The notes under the pieces were generated by a model. That model was given only the letters and a program-made list of their open reading frames with translations. It was not told the origin of the DNA and did not search any database. Positions 25,259 through 36,509 of a stretch of DNA of 64,000 nt are shown here, piece after piece. The stretch is from an uncultured bacterium. Its GTDB lineage: Bacteria > Patescibacteriota > Minisyncoccia > Phycocordibacterales > GWA1-40-21. Both the position numbers and the translations under genes were made by a program. The stretch covers positions 4,368 through 68,367 of the forward strand of contig CAILDB010000012.1 of NCBI GenBank assembly GCA_903832855.1, given 5' to 3'. Numbering within the stretch: position 1 is the stretch's first letter; each line of letters starts with the position of its first letter.

Positions 25259-28200
25259 ATGAATTATAAAAATAACAAACAAAGTGTAAATGATTTCAAT
25301 GCGGTTTCTATCAAAGTCGCATCACCAGAAAAAATAAAAGGCTGGTCTTTCGGAGAAGTTACAAAACCAGAGACAATCAACTACAGAACTCAAAGAAGTG
25401 AAAGAGGCGGTCTTTTTGATGAAAAAATATTCGGTCCAGACAAGGATTATGAATGTTATTGCGGAAAATACAGAGGCATCAGATATAAAGGAATTGTCTG
25501 TGAAAAATGCGGAGTGGAAATCACAAGGTCAATAGTGAGAAGAGAAAGAATGGGACATATTGAGCTTGCTACACCGGTATCACACATCTGGTTTTTGAGA
25601 GGAACACCATCTCGTCTCGGTATGATTTTGGGTATGGGAATGAATGATTTGGAAAAAGTCATTTATTTTGCTGGATATATCGTCACGAAAACAATTCAAG
25701 CCGAAAAAGAGAGAATTTTGAGAGAAATTGAATCGGAATTTAAATCAAAAGTGAAAGCTGTCAGTGATGAGAAGACAAAAGAGGCTATCAAGGAACTTGC
25801 AGTAAATGCCAAAAAAGAAGTGGAAAGTATTCAAGAGGGTTTTGTTTTAGACGAGGTGATGTTCCATAAATTCTCTATGAAATACGGAACGATGTTTGAA
25901 GCGGGAATTGGGGGAGAAGCAATTTATGAAATATTGAGAAAAGTTGACTTGAAGGCTCTTGAAAAACAAACAGTGGTGGCTTTGGAAACTTCCAACACAA
26001 TTGATTCTGAAAAATTAAATAAAAGATTGGCTCTGATTAAGTCAATGATAATTTCTGGCGTAAGACCAGAATGGATGTTTTTGACTACTATTCCTGTCAT
26101 CCCACCAGCACTTCGTCCGATGGTTCCTCTTGATGGAGGAAGATTTGCGACTTCAGATGTAAATGATTTGTACAGAAGAATTATAAACAGAAATAATCGA
26201 CTTCTTAAACTCAAAGAAATTCACGCTCCGGATGTTATTTTGAGAAATGAAAAAAGAATTTTACAGGAGGCAGTGGATGCTCTCATAGATAATTCTATCA
26301 GACACGGTAACTCTGCATTGTCTGCGATGACTTCTGCACAAAAGAGACCTTTGAAATCTCTCGCAGATAACTTAAAAGGAAAAAGAGGAATATTTAGATT
26401 AAATCTTCTCGGTAAAAGAGTTGACTATTCTGCAAGGTCAGTCATTGTCGTTGGTCCAGAACTTCACCTTGATCAATGCGGTCTTCCAAAACATATGGCA
26501 CTCGAGCTTTTCAGACCATTTGTTATTTCAGAACTTTTGAAAAAAGAATTTGCTTTCAATATTCGTGGAGCAGGAAAGCTCATTGATGATGGTATTCCAG
26601 AAGTTTGGACAATCCTCGAAGAAGTGATTAAGGGTAAATATGTTCTATTAAACAGAGCACCTACTCTTCACCGACTTGGTATTCAGGCATTTAGACCTAT
26701 ACTTATTGAAGGAAATGCTATTCAGGTGCACCCACTTGTTTGTACTGCTTTCAACGCTGACTTTGATGGAGATACAATGTCCGTTCACTTGCCACTTGGC
26801 GAAGAGGCCCAAACAGAGGCGAGAGAAATGATGGCAGCAGATAAAAATATTTTGAAACCAGGGAATGGTGATCCGACTATCTCTGCAAAACTTCTAGACA
26901 TTGTTCTTGGATGTTATTGGATGACCAAAGTTGTCTCTGGCGAAAAAGGAGAAGGTAAATATTTCTCATCACCAAATTCTGCAATCACAGCATATGACTT
27001 CGGTGCAGTAAGTTTCAGAGCAAAAATAAAAGTTTTGCCTACAGAAAAAGAAAAGTATGCAGAGTTTGAAGGAAAGCCTTTTGAGACATCCGTCGGCAGA
27101 TTGCTTTTTAATAGTGCTTTGCCGAAAGATCATCCGTTTGTTAATAAGGAAATTGACAAAAAACAATTATCAAAAATTATTGATGAACTCATCAATAAAC
27201 ACGGTCCAAATAAAGTGGGTGAGATACTTGATAAAGTAAAAACATTTGGATTTAAATATGCAACTTATTCTGGTATTACTTGGGGACTTGATGATATTGC
27301 TGTGCCAAAGGAAAAAGAGGGAATTATTAAAATTGCAAAAGAAAGAAGTGAAGAGGTTTACGCACAATTTAATGATGGTTTGCTTGCCGAAGAGGAAAGA
27401 ATTAGAAAAAATATTGAAATCTGGCATGGAGCAAAAAGTGAACTTGAAAAAATTATTCCTGAGTCGCTTGATAAAAATGGTTCTGTCTATGATATGTGGA
27501 AATCAGGTGCGAGAGGTTCACTCGGATCACTTACACAGATGGTGGGTATGAAGGGTTTGATTCAAAATACCGCCGGAGATACAATTGAATTTCCTGTCAT
27601 AAGCTCCGCAAAAGAAGGACTTACTCCGATTGAATATTTCATTACTACTCACGGTTCTAGAAAAGGACTTTCGGACACAGCTCTCAATACTGCAAAAGCA
27701 GGATATCTTACAAGAAGGTTATTTGATGTTGCTCAAGATATTCTTATTAAAGAAGTTGATTGTGGAACAAAAGCTAGTATTTGTATTAGCAGAAATAGCG
27801 GACCAGAAGGTAGCTCATCAATTGCAAAAAATGTAAGAGGAAGATTTCTTGCACAAGAAGTTCTCGGGAAAGATGGAAAGGTTTTGTTTGAAAAAGGGCA
27901 TCTTGTTACAAAAGAGAATTCTCAAAAAATAGATAGCGAAGAAGTTGAAAAGGTCTTTGTAAGATCTCCTCTTACTTGTAAAACGCTTCACGGAATTTGT
28001 GTGAAATGCTATGGTATGGATCTCGGAAAAAGCGAAGTTATAGATATTGGTGAAGCGGTAGGAACAGTCGCCGCGCAAGCTATCGGTGAGCCGGGAACAC
28101 AGCTTACGATGAGAACATTCCATGCTGGAGGTACGGCTTCTGTCGGTGGAGATATTACTTCGGGTTTGCCTAGAGTTGAAGAAATTTTTGAAAAGAGAAG

Positions 28201-28945
28201 ACCAAAAAATCCTGCCGTAATTTCTACTGTAAATGGACTCGTATCTTCAGTAAAAGATTTCGGAAAAGAAAAAATAATTACGGTTATTCCAGAAATTGAA
28301 GATAAAGGTAAATCCAAAAAGTCAGGTGAATTAGAATTTGTATTTAATCCAAAAAGGGTTTCGCTTGTGAAAATGGGTGACAAGATTACAAAAGGTCAAT
28401 TTTTGACAGATGGTTCTGCTGATATTGATGAGATATTTGAGTTGTCGGGAAAAGAGGCCGCAATGAATTACATTATTTCAGAGGTCAGCAAGCCATATGA
28501 ACTTCAAGGTGAAGCGGTATCCAGAAAGCATATTGAAATTATCGTCAAACAAATGTTTTCAAAAATGATTGTTACGGATTCAGGTTCTTCTGAACTTACA
28601 AAAGGCGAGGTTATTGATGAGCTCGATTTGATTGAAGAAAATGATGCAATAGATATTAAAAAAGGAGAAAAGGTAAAAGTAGAGCCAGTGGTAATGGGAA
28701 TTACAGAATCAGCACTTTCAAGAAGAAGTTTCTTGTCTGCCGCTTCATTCCAACACACAGTCAGAGTTCTTATCAACGCTTCCGTAAAAGGAACTATAGA
28801 CAGACTCACGGGTCTCAAAGAAAATGTTATTATTGGTAGAGTTATTCCTGCAGGTACTGGTTTTGAAGGTAGCAAAAAATTCAATATCATAAAAGAAATT
28901 CACGATAAATATAGAAACGAAGACGAGAGAGACCGCGATAGATAG
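25259..28945 (+). CDS. rpoC: DNA-directed RNA polymerase subunit beta'
   Basis: Zinc-finger CYCGKYRGIRYKGIVCEKCGVE; catalytic NADFDGD; trigger-loop and bridge-helix regions. Confidence 0.95.
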   Translation: MNYKNNKQSVNDFNAVSIKVASPEKIKGWSFGEVTKPETINYRTQRSERGGLFDEKIFGPDKDYECYCGKYRGIRYKGIVCEKCGVEITRSIVRRERMGHIELATPVSHIWFLRGTPSRLGMILGMGMNDLEKVIYFAGYIVTKTIQAEKERILREIESEFKSKVKAVSDEKTKEAIKELAVNAKKEVESIQEGFVLDEVMFHKFSMKYGTMFEAGIGGEAIYEILRKVDLKALEKQTVVALETSNTIDSEKLNKRLALIKSMIISGVRPEWMFLTTIPVIPPALRPMVPLDGGRFATSDVNDLYRRIINRNNRLLKLKEIHAPDVILRNEKRILQEAVDALIDNSIRHGNSALSAMTSAQKRPLKSLADNLKGKRGIFRLNLLGKRVDYSARSVIVVGPELHLDQCGLPKHMALELFRPFVISELLKKEFAFNIRGAGKLIDDGIPEVWTILEEVIKGKYVLLNRAPTLHRLGIQAFRPILIEGNAIQVHPLVCTAFNADFDGDTMSVHLPLGEEAQTEAREMMAADKNILKPGNGDPTISAKLLDIVLGCYWMTKVVSGEKGEGKYFSSPNSAITAYDFGAVSFRAKIKVLPTEKEKYAEFEGKPFETSVGRLLFNSALPKDHPFVNKEIDKKQLSKIIDELINKHGPNKVGEILDKVKTFGFKYATYSGITWGLDDIAVPKEKEGIIKIAKERSEEVYAQFNDGLLAEEERIRKNIEIWHGAKSELEKIIPESLDKNGSVYDMWKSGARGSLGSLTQMVGMKGLIQNTAGDTIEFPVISSAKEGLTPIEYFITTHGSRKGLSDTALNTAKAGYLTRRLFDVAQDILIKEVDCGTKASICISRNSGPEGSSSIAKNVRGRFLAQEVLGKDGKVLFEKGHLVTKENSQKIDSEEVEKVFVRSPLTCKTLHGICVKCYGMDLGKSEVIDIGEAVGTVAAQAIGEPGTQLTMRTFHAGGTASVGGDITSGLPRVEEIFEKRRPKNPAVISTVNGLVSSVKDFGKEKIITVIPEIEDKGKSKKSGELEFVFNPKRVSLVKMGDKITKGQFLTDGSADIDEIFELSGKEAAMNYIISEVSKPYELQGEAVSRKHIEIIVKQMFSKMIVTDSGSSELTKGEVIDELDLIEENDAIDIKKGEKVKVEPVVMGITESALSRRSFLSAASFQHTVRVLINASVKGTIDRLTGLKENVIIGRVIPAGTGFEGSKKFNIIKEIHDKYRNEDERDRDR

Positions 28946-28950
28946 TGCTT

Positions 28951-28992
28951 GTCTGTCATCCCGGCGAAGGCCGGGATCCATCCCTTCTGTCT
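28951..28992 (+). repeat. family-1 palindromic repeat copy immediately after the rpoC stop
   Basis: tgtcatcccggcgaaggccgggatccatcccttctgtc. Confidence 0.8.
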
Positions 28993-29059
28993 TTGCGAGG
29001 GTTTTCCCGAAGCAATCCAGTTCTTCAAAATTTGTTTATTAATTTATTAATCTAATTAA

Positions 29060-29090
29060 GCCGAATTTTTTGGCAACCAAAAAATTCGGC
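29060..29090 (+). terminator. 12-bp-stem hairpin gccgaatttttt ggcaacc aaaaaattcggc
   Basis: Perfect inverted repeat downstream of rpoC. Confidence 0.45.
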
Positions 29091-29155
29091 CAAACAAAAA
29101 ACTTGTCCCGTTAGAAATTCTGAGTAGTCAGATATAAAACAGGACAATATATACA

Positions 29156-29458
29156 ATGCACAATATTGGAAAAGAAAGAATTGTGGAGAGTAAAATTTCT
29201 AATGGGATGAATTCTCAAAAAGGTTTTGTTCTCCCACTCATAATCGCTATCATTGTCATTTTGGCAATTGCTGGTGGTGTTTTTATCTATCAGAAAAAGG
29301 CTGTAGCTCCTGTCATAAATACTATCGCGACCTCAACTGCAACTCCCACAATAATTGGTGGTGACCGTGACATTCACGGCTGTCTTGGTCCAGCGGGCTA
29401 TTCATGGTGCGCGGTGAAAAACAAATGTCTGCGTGTTTGGGAAGAAAAATGTGAATAA
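29156..29458 (+). CDS. small membrane-anchored protein with a Cys-rich C-terminal domain (4 Cys); the N-terminus is loosely pilin-like
   Basis: Hydrophobic helix GFVLPLIIAIIVILAIAGGVFIY after K-G; C-terminus CLGPAGYSWCAVKNKCLRVWEEKC. Confidence 0.3.
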   Translation: MHNIGKERIVESKISNGMNSQKGFVLPLIIAIIVILAIAGGVFIYQKKAVAPVINTIATSTATPTIIGGDRDIHGCLGPAGYSWCAVKNKCLRVWEEKCE

Positions 29459-29459
29459 A

Positions 29460-31184
29460 ATGTCCTCATCCGTAGAAAAAATAAAAGAAAGATTGAGCAT
29501 TGTGGATGTTGTTGGCTCGTATGTAAAGCTAGATAGAGCCGGTAGCAACCTCAAAGCAAAGTGTCCTTTTCATAATGAAAAGACACCGTCTTTTTTCGTG
29601 TCTCCGGAGAGGGGAACTTATTATTGTTTTGGATGTGGAGTTAAAGGCGATATTTTCAGTTTTGTGGAGGAGTTTGAAGGAATTGATTTTATGGGTGCGC
29701 TAAAACTTCTTGCGGAAAAAGCTGGAATTGAACTTGAAAAATATGAGCCGGGGAAAATAGAAAAAAAAGACCGACTTTATAAACTTTTGGAAGAATCAAC
29801 CAATTATTTTGTTGAATGCCTAAAAAAAGAAACAATACCGAAAGAATATCTTAAGAAGAGGGGACTGACAGAGAAAACAATTATAGATTGGAAAATTGGT
29901 TATGCAAATGATGAATGGCATACTGTTTCCGAATATTTGAAAAAGAAAGGATTTACAGATGAAGAAATGGAAAGAGCCGGACTCATCAAAAAAGGCGACA
30001 AGGGTTTTTATGATAGATTTCGAGGTAGAATAATGTTCCCGATTTTCGATACTGCTGGTAGAATTATTGCTTATTCTGGTAGAACTTTATCAAAGGATGA
30101 AAATACTCCGAAATATTTGAACAGTCCGGAGACGCCACTTTTCAACAAATCAAAAACTCTTTATGGATTTCATATTGCAAAGCAAGCGATAAGAAAATTT
30201 GACTACGCAGTGCTTGTGGAGGGACAAATGGATTTACTAATGTGTCAGCAAGTCGGTTTTACAAATACAGTTGCATCTTCAGGAACGGCACTCACACCAG
30301 ACCATTTGGAAATTATAAAAAGAATGTCAAACAGAGTCATAATGGCTTTTGATTCTGATAGCGCTGGCGCAAAAGCAGCGGAGAGAGCTTGGATGATAGC
30401 TGTCGCATCGCAGATGGAAGTGAAGGTTGCACAAATTCCGGATGGATTTGATCCAGCCGATTTAATCTTGAAAGACAAGGAAGCTTGGAAAGTTGTTTTG
30501 AAAAATGCTTTGCATATTGTTGATTTTCTTTTAAACAGAATTCTAGCTGAAAAACCGGATGACAGGAAACTTGGGATTTTGGTTCGTGAAAAAGTTCTTC
30601 CTTACATATCTCTGATAGATAGCAGTATAGAAAAATCTCAACATATTGCAAAGATAAGTGATAAAACTGGAATTAAGGAAGACGCACTTTGGGAAGATTT
30701 GAAGAAAATAAAGGTTATTATTTCGACAGAAGATGGCACAAAAAGTACAGGACAAGAGTCAATAAAAGAGTATAATAAGATAATTAGAGCGAACTCTCTG
30801 GAGAGGAGAGTACTCGGTATGGTTTTGTGGACAGAAAATACGGCTTCAAAAAAGGATATTTTGGAGTTTTTTAAAGGAGAAGTCAAAAAGTATCTTGACG
30901 AAAAGTTTTTAGAAAAAACGAAAGCAATAGATGAAAATTTGAAAAGTGAATTAATTTTTGAAGCAGAAAGTTATTATTTAGGATTTGATAATGAACGGCT
31001 CAAGGCAGATTTTATGGAGCTTGTGAGAGGAATTAAAGAAGAAGAATATAAAAAAGAACTCTCAGAAATAATTTTAGAAATAAAAAATACAGAAAAGACA
31101 GGCGATAGAGACAAGCAAATGATACTGGCAAAAAGATTCAATGATGTCTCAAAAATGCTTAATAATTTAAAAACAAATAAATAA
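29460..31184 (+). CDS. dnaG: DNA primase
   Basis: CHC2 zinc finger [30 protein letters not shown]; [15 protein letters not shown] ... AFDSDSAG. Confidence 0.85.
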   Translation: MSSSVEKIKERLSIVDVVGSYVKLDRAGSNLKAKCPFHNEKTPSFFVSPERGTYYCFGCGVKGDIFSFVEEFEGIDFMGALKLLAEKAGIELEKYEPGKIEKKDRLYKLLEESTNYFVECLKKETIPKEYLKKRGLTEKTIIDWKIGYANDEWHTVSEYLKKKGFTDEEMERAGLIKKGDKGFYDRFRGRIMFPIFDTAGRIIAYSGRTLSKDENTPKYLNSPETPLFNKSKTLYGFHIAKQAIRKFDYAVLVEGQMDLLMCQQVGFTNTVASSGTALTPDHLEIIKRMSNRVIMAFDSDSAGAKAAERAWMIAVASQMEVKVAQIPDGFDPADLILKDKEAWKVVLKNALHIVDFLLNRILAEKPDDRKLGILVREKVLPYISLIDSSIEKSQHIAKISDKTGIKEDALWEDLKKIKVIISTEDGTKSTGQESIKEYNKIIRANSLERRVLGMVLWTENTASKKDILEFFKGEVKKYLDEKFLEKTKAIDENLKSELIFEAESYYLGFDNERLKADFMELVRGIKEEEYKKELSEIILEIKNTEKTGDRDKQMILAKRFNDVSKMLNNLKTNK

Positions 31185-31185
31185 T

Positions 31186-32397
31186 ATGAAAAAGAAAAAA
31201 GCAAACAAGAAGACAAAGGTCAACAAAGCAAAAAAGATAAAGAAAGTTAAAAAAACTTTCAAAAAGAAGATTAATGCAAAAAAAGTTGTAAAGAAAAAAA
31301 CTGCAAAACTTTCTGTAAAGAAAAAAGAAATGGAAGTGAAGGCAGATAAATTACTTTCAAAAGGTAAAGATAGAGGATATGTGACCTACGATGAAATTTT
31401 ACATGAATTTCCGAAAATAGAAGAGGATGTAATTTTTCTTGAGGAATTATATGCAAAATTAAGTTCAGCCGGTATAGATATTCTTGAAGGAGGAGGAATG
31501 CTTGAATTTGAAAGTGAAATTGCAAATAATAAAAAAGTTTATGGAGGTAAAAATGCCGACCCATCATACGATTCAATTCAAATTTATTTGAAAGAAATAG
31601 GACAGTATCCTCTCATCAGTGCTTCAATGGAAAAAGATTTGGCGAGAAAAATCCAAGTTGGAGATGAAGAAGCAAAAAACCTCCTCGCAAAAGCAAACTT
31701 GAGACTTGTCGTTTCTATTGCAAAAAAATATGTAGGAAGAAGTGCCGACCTCACACTCCTCGATTTAATTCAGGAAGGAAACCTCGGTTTATTTAAGGCC
31801 GTGGAAAAATTTGACTGGACAAAGGGTTACAAATTTTCAACATATGCAACTTGGTGGATCCGTCAGGCAATTACTCGTGCCCTTGCTGATCAATCTAGAA
31901 CTATTCGTGTGCCAGTGCATATGGTGGAAACGATTGCAAAATACAAGCAGGTTTACAGAAGACTTTCACAAGACCTTGGCAGAGAGCCAATGCCGGATGA
32001 AATCGCAACCGAAATGGGGATTGAGGTTGAAAAAGTTTACATAATTGAAAAGATTGATCAGGATACTGTGTCATTGGAAACTCCTGTGGGAGATGATAGT
32101 GATGATGGTAAATCTACACTCGGAGACTTTGTAGCAGATGACAAAATCCTTTCGCCAGATCAGGATTCATCTAGGAGAATTTTGAGTGATCAGGTCAAAG
32201 AAATTCTTGGAGACCTTTCGCTTAAAGAAAGAAAAATTTTGGAAATGAGACATGGGCTTGTGGATGGTATTACCCATACACTTGAAGAAGTTGGAACAGA
32301 GTTTGGTGTTACTCGAGAAAGAATTCGTCAGATTGAGGCAAAAGCTCATGAAAAAATTCGAGTTCATGAAAAAATAAATAGATTACAAAGCTATTAG
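31186..32397 (+). CDS. rpoD: RNA polymerase sigma-70 factor with a K-rich N-terminal extension
   Basis: Region 2 [40 protein letters not shown]; region 4 [22 protein letters not shown]. Confidence 0.9.
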   Translation: MKKKKANKKTKVNKAKKIKKVKKTFKKKINAKKVVKKKTAKLSVKKKEMEVKADKLLSKGKDRGYVTYDEILHEFPKIEEDVIFLEELYAKLSSAGIDILEGGGMLEFESEIANNKKVYGGKNADPSYDSIQIYLKEIGQYPLISASMEKDLARKIQVGDEEAKNLLAKANLRLVVSIAKKYVGRSADLTLLDLIQEGNLGLFKAVEKFDWTKGYKFSTYATWWIRQAITRALADQSRTIRVPVHMVETIAKYKQVYRRLSQDLGREPMPDEIATEMGIEVEKVYIIEKIDQDTVSLETPVGDDSDDGKSTLGDFVADDKILSPDQDSSRRILSDQVKEILGDLSLKERKILEMRHGLVDGITHTLEEVGTEFGVTRERIRQIEAKAHEKIRVHEKINRLQSY

Positions 32398-32469
32398 CTA
32401 TTTTCGTCAAGATAGTGTATAGTAAGAGTATTAGTTTAATAGAAGATTTAATTCATCTTAAAAAATAAA

Positions 32470-32916
32470 ATGGGAAAATTTAATAGAGATGGTGATAGAG
32501 GAGGATATGGCGGTAATCGTGGAGGGGGATCGAGATTTGGCGACAGAGACAGAAGGGATGTCGTGATGTCTGACGCCGTCTGCGCTGAATGTCACAAAAA
32601 TTGTCAGGTTCCTTTCAAGCCAAGTAATGACAAACCGGTTTATTGTAAAGATTGTTTTAGTAAAAGAGGTGGCGGTCCTTCAAGACCAAGTTTTGGTGAT
32701 TCTCCTAGAAGAGATTTTACGCCAAGACAACAGAGTGCACCTAGCTTTGTAGCAAGCAAAAGTGATGATGGCACCAAAAAATTACTCGAGACAATAAATG
32801 TAAAATTAGATAGTTTGATAAAAGCAATTGAGAACTCATCTAAGCCAGTCGTAAAGGCAACAGTAAAAGCTCCGAAAGCAAAGGTCGCAGTTAAAAAGAA
32901 ATCTACCAAAAAATAA
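32470..32916 (+). CDS. RGG-rich protein with a C4 zinc ribbon
   Basis: N-terminal GDRGGYGGNRGGGSRFGDRDRR; CAECHKNC ... CKDCF. Confidence 0.35.
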   Translation: MGKFNRDGDRGGYGGNRGGGSRFGDRDRRDVVMSDAVCAECHKNCQVPFKPSNDKPVYCKDCFSKRGGGPSRPSFGDSPRRDFTPRQQSAPSFVASKSDDGTKKLLETINVKLDSLIKAIENSSKPVVKATVKAPKAKVAVKKKSTKK

Positions 32917-33040
32917 AATGGCAAAAAGAATGAGTGTAAATAAGAAAGTTCCGCATACTCACAAGACCAAAAAAAGATTAGCAATAAAATACGCAAGGTT
33001 GGCATTAAAAAGAGCAAAAAAAGGAAGAAAATAGAAGAAA

Positions 33041-33078
33041 TCAAATGCCCCGCGAATGAGAATTCGCGGGGCATTTGA
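33041..33078 (+). terminator. hairpin aaatgccccgcgaat gag aattcgcggggcattt
   Basis: 15-bp stem; same gccccgcg stem type as the hairpin at 2045. Confidence 0.5.
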
Positions 33079-33104
33079 TTTGTGATATATGTTATAATTT
33101 ACTT

Positions 33105-36100
33105 ATGAATTTTGAGGAAAGGTATAAAGCATTAAACAGCGAGCAGAAGATGGCAGTGGATAAAATAGACGGACCACTTCTTGTCGTGGCTGGACCAGGT
33201 TCCGGAAAAACAGAGATTTTGAGTTTGAGAGTTGGAAAAATTTTGAAGGATACTGATACTCGTGCATCAAATATTTTGTGTTTAACTTTTACAGAATCGG
33301 CAACTTTGAATATGCGAAAGCGTCTCGCGTCACTTATTGGTTCTGAAGCATACCGAGTAGCTATTCATACTTTTCATAATTTTTGCGTGGATGTAATACA
33401 AAAATATCCGCAATATTTTTATAGCGGGGCTTTTTTCTCGTCTGCTGACCCACTCACGCAGGTGCAAATTATGGAAGAGATTTTTGAAAATTTGTCGCAC
33501 AATCATCTTCTTAGTTCGTATCACCCAGAGCAGGGCTTTGTGTATTTAAAAAGCACTTTGGATATCATTGGGTATTTGAAAAAGGCTGGTCTTACGCCGG
33601 ATGAGTTTAAAGCGATTTTGGGGCACAATAAAAAATCTTTGGATGAGATAAATAAAATTTTGATGCCTATTTTTTCTGAAAGAATGGGGAAGGAAAGTGT
33701 TTTAAAAATAGCTGGAGCTTGTGAAAAAATAAAAGTTCTAGCAGAAAAGTCGCAGACTGATTTTCCGACAACATATTTTAATTCACTTTATTTTTCTGTC
33801 GCAGAATCTTTGAAAAAGGCACTTGATGAAGCCGAAGATTCCGGTAAAGCGACGCCACTTTCTGCTTGGAAACAAAAATGGATGAAAAAAGATGACGAAG
33901 ATAGAAGTATTTTTAAGGACACCGTAAACATAGAAAAAATGCTTTGTGTGGCTGATATTTACGCAAAATATAGGAAGACGATGCATGAAAAAGGTTACTA
34001 TGATTTTGACGATATGATCCTAGATGTTCTGAAAGCATTTGAAGAAAATCCAAGTTTACGATATGAAATTCAAGAGCAATATCAATACGTTTTGGTGGAT
34101 GAATTTCAAGATACAAATGAAGCTCAAATGCGACTTCTTCGACTTATTTCTGATGCTCCAGTAAATGAAGGCAGACCAAACATAATGGCTGTGGGAGATG
34201 ATGACCAAGCTGTTTACAAATTTCAGGGCGCAGAGCTTTCGAACATTCTAAATTTTAAGAAGATTTTTAAAGATGTGCAGGTTGTGGCGATGACAAAAAA
34301 TTATCGTTCTACACAAGATATTTTGGACATTGCATCACATATTATTCGAAAAGGGGAGGAAAGACTTGAAAAACTTTTGCCTGAAATTGAGAAAAATTTA
34401 ATTGCATCAAATAAAGATATTAAACAGGGGAATATTGTTCGCAAAGAATTTAAAACCGTTGCCCACGAATATCATTTCATCTCTCGTGAAATAAAAAAGA
34501 AGATAGACGCGGGTGAAAAGCCGGAGGAGATTGCCGTGATTGCTAGGAAACACAGACAGCTTGAAGCTCTTGTGCCGTATTTGCGTGGGGTTGGCGTGCC
34601 AATAAGATACGAGAGGGAACAGAATGTTTTTAAGGAACCTCATATTGCACAACTTATTATTATTGCCAGATTTATTTCTTCTCTTGCAGATAAAAATAAA
34701 GACGAAGCGGATGAGTTTATGCCACAGATTTTGAGTTTTCCTTTCTGGAACTTGAATAGGGAAGACGTCTGGAAGATTTCACTTGAGGCTAGAAAAAATT
34801 ATCCGGAAAAAACTTGGCTTGAGGTAATGCTCGCACACAAGAATGAAAAAATAAAAAAGATTGCAGAGTTTTTGATTGATTTGGGGGTGAGAGCGCAGTC
34901 TGAGCCACTTGAGCTTATTCTTGATGAGATTATTGGTGCACATTTGCTACTTGTGGAGGAGAATGAAGATGATGATGAGGACGAATTTTTTGCGGCAAAA
35001 AATTCGTCCGTCTCTCCCGCAAAATTTGAATCACCTTTCCGTGAATTTTATTTCAACAAAGAAAAATTTAATCACGCCCGCGCAGAATATTTGTCTTTTC
35101 TTTCAAGTTTGCGTGTCTTTGTCGGTGCGCTCCGAGAATACAAAAGTGGAGAAATTCTTTCTATCAAAGACCTCGTAGAATTTGTAGATTTGCACGAGCA
35201 AAATGACATTTCTCTCAACGATTCTAGTCCATTTGCAAAGCTTGATAATGCCGTCAATTTACTGACCGCCCACAAGGCCAAAGGGCTCGAATTTGAGTCT
35301 GTCTTTGTCCTATCATGTCAGGATGATATTTGGGCTCGTGGGGGCGCATCTAGCAGGCTTGTATTGCCTGCAAACCTGCCAATTGAACCTGCTGGAGACA
35401 CTCAAGATGACCAATTACGCCTATTTTATGTTGCCCTAACTCGTGCAAAAAGGCACCTTTATATCACTTCATATCTCACAGAAGAAGGTGGAAAAGAAGC
35501 TGAAATGCTAAGATTTTTGATTGCCGAAAGTGGGGAAGAAGAAGTGATGAAAAAAGAAGTCTTGAAAAAGATTTATTTCGAAAGTGAAAGTGTAGATGAT
35601 GAAGTTGTGCCAGATGCTCACGAAGTTCTTACTGCGTCTTGGCTTCAATATCACACACCACCTTTTGTCGGCTCTGAAGAAAAACTTTTGAAATCTCTGC
35701 TTACCGATTATCAAATGCCCGTGACACACTTGAATAATTTTCTTGATGTGGAAAAGGGCGGCCCGCAATATTTTCTTGAACAAAATCTTTTGCGTTTTCC
35801 TCAAGCCAAAAATACTAGTAGTTCATACGGCTCGGCTATTCATCACACTTTGGAAAAAGTATCTTTGTTTCTGAAAAAAGAAGGTGAGATGTCAAAAATA
35901 CCAGAAGTTTTATCTTGGTTTAAATATTTCCTCATAAAAGAAAGAATGTCACCAAAAGATTTTGAAAAATATTTGGAAAAAGGACAGGACGATCTAGGTA
36001 GATTTTTGGAAAATAAAAATGATAGGTTTAGTCCAAAAGATATCGTCGAATTTAATTTTAAAGAACAAGGTGTGAAAATAGGCGACGCACATCTGACTGG

Positions 36101-36506
36101 AAAAATAGACAGAATTATTGATGAAGATGGAGAATACAAAGTCTGCGATTACAAGACTGGCAAACCACTTTTATCTTGGACTAGCGGAACGGATTATGAA
36201 AAGACAAAGGCTATGAAATACGAAAGACAACTAGCTTATTACAAACTTCTTTTAGAAAATTCACGAGAGTTTGCCGGAAAAGGAAAAGTGAAAACAGGTG
36301 TTCTAGAATTTATTGAACCAAAAAACAGCAAAATTCTTGACCTCAATTTAATTCTTGATGATGAAAAAGTAGAAAATTTGAAAAAGCTTATTGAAGTGGT
36401 TTACAATAAAATTATTAATCTAGATTTCCCGGATGTTACCAAATATTCTAAAGACACAAAAGGCATTAAGCAATTTGAAGAGGACTTGATAGAGGAAAAA
36501 GTCTAG
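33105..36506 (+). CDS. UvrD/PcrA-type superfamily 1 helicase fused to a C-terminal PD-(D/E)xK (RecB-like) nuclease domain (AddA-like)
   Basis: Walker A LVVAGPGSGKTEIL; helicase motifs (VDEFQDTN, TKNYRS, TAHKAKGLEFESVFV). C-terminal GKIDRIIDEDGEYKVCDYKTGKP nuclease motif. Confidence 0.75.
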   Translation: MNFEERYKALNSEQKMAVDKIDGPLLVVAGPGSGKTEILSLRVGKILKDTDTRASNILCLTFTESATLNMRKRLASLIGSEAYRVAIHTFHNFCVDVIQKYPQYFYSGAFFSSADPLTQVQIMEEIFENLSHNHLLSSYHPEQGFVYLKSTLDIIGYLKKAGLTPDEFKAILGHNKKSLDEINKILMPIFSERMGKESVLKIAGACEKIKVLAEKSQTDFPTTYFNSLYFSVAESLKKALDEAEDSGKATPLSAWKQKWMKKDDEDRSIFKDTVNIEKMLCVADIYAKYRKTMHEKGYYDFDDMILDVLKAFEENPSLRYEIQEQYQYVLVDEFQDTNEAQMRLLRLISDAPVNEGRPNIMAVGDDDQAVYKFQGAELSNILNFKKIFKDVQVVAMTKNYRSTQDILDIASHIIRKGEERLEKLLPEIEKNLIASNKDIKQGNIVRKEFKTVAHEYHFISREIKKKIDAGEKPEEIAVIARKHRQLEALVPYLRGVGVPIRYEREQNVFKEPHIAQLIIIARFISSLADKNKDEADEFMPQILSFPFWNLNREDVWKISLEARKNYPEKTWLEVMLAHKNEKIKKIAEFLIDLGVRAQSEPLELILDEIIGAHLLLVEENEDDDEDEFFAAKNSSVSPAKFESPFREFYFNKEKFNHARAEYLSFLSSLRVFVGALREYKSGEILSIKDLVEFVDLHEQNDISLNDSSPFAKLDNAVNLLTAHKAKGLEFESVFVLSCQDDIWARGGASSRLVLPANLPIEPAGDTQDDQLRLFYVALTRAKRHLYITSYLTEEGGKEAEMLRFLIAESGEEEVMKKEVLKKIYFESESVDDEVVPDAHEVLTASWLQYHTPPFVGSEEKLLKSLLTDYQMPVTHLNNFLDVEKGGPQYFLEQNLLRFPQAKNTSSSYGSAIHHTLEKVSLFLKKEGEMSKIPEVLSWFKYFLIKERMSPKDFEKYLEKGQDDLGRFLENKNDRFSPKDIVEFNFKEQGVKIGDAHLTGKIDRIIDEDGEYKVCDYKTGKPLLSWTSGTDYEKTKAMKYERQLAYYKLLLENSREFAGKGKVKTGVLEFIEPKNSKILDLNLILDDEKVENLKKLIEVVYNKIINLDFPDVTKYSKDTKGIKQFEEDLIEEKV

Positions 36507-36509
36507 TTA

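Noticed and set aside
28745-28981. Minus-strand ORFs beginning MDPGLRRDDR.. (also 37323..37694, 40608..40802, 48960..49244)
   Set aside because: They are reverse-strand translations of the family-1 palindromic repeat (ggatcccggcc..). The shared N-terminus reflects the repeat, not a gene family.
22108-28981. Numerous short ORFs antisense to or overlapping rpoB/rpoC (for example 23010..23321 -, 25924..26214 -, 27246..27551 +)
   Set aside because: They lie inside well-supported long genes, have no ribosome-binding sites, and their composition tracks the AT-rich opposite strand. Treated as spurious.
29156-29458. Type IV pilin or pseudopilin call for the 100-aa protein
   Set aside because: The KGF-hydrophobic N-terminus is pilin-like, but the conserved Glu at +5 is absent (it is Pro/Leu). 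Kept as a generic membrane-anchored Cys-rich protein.
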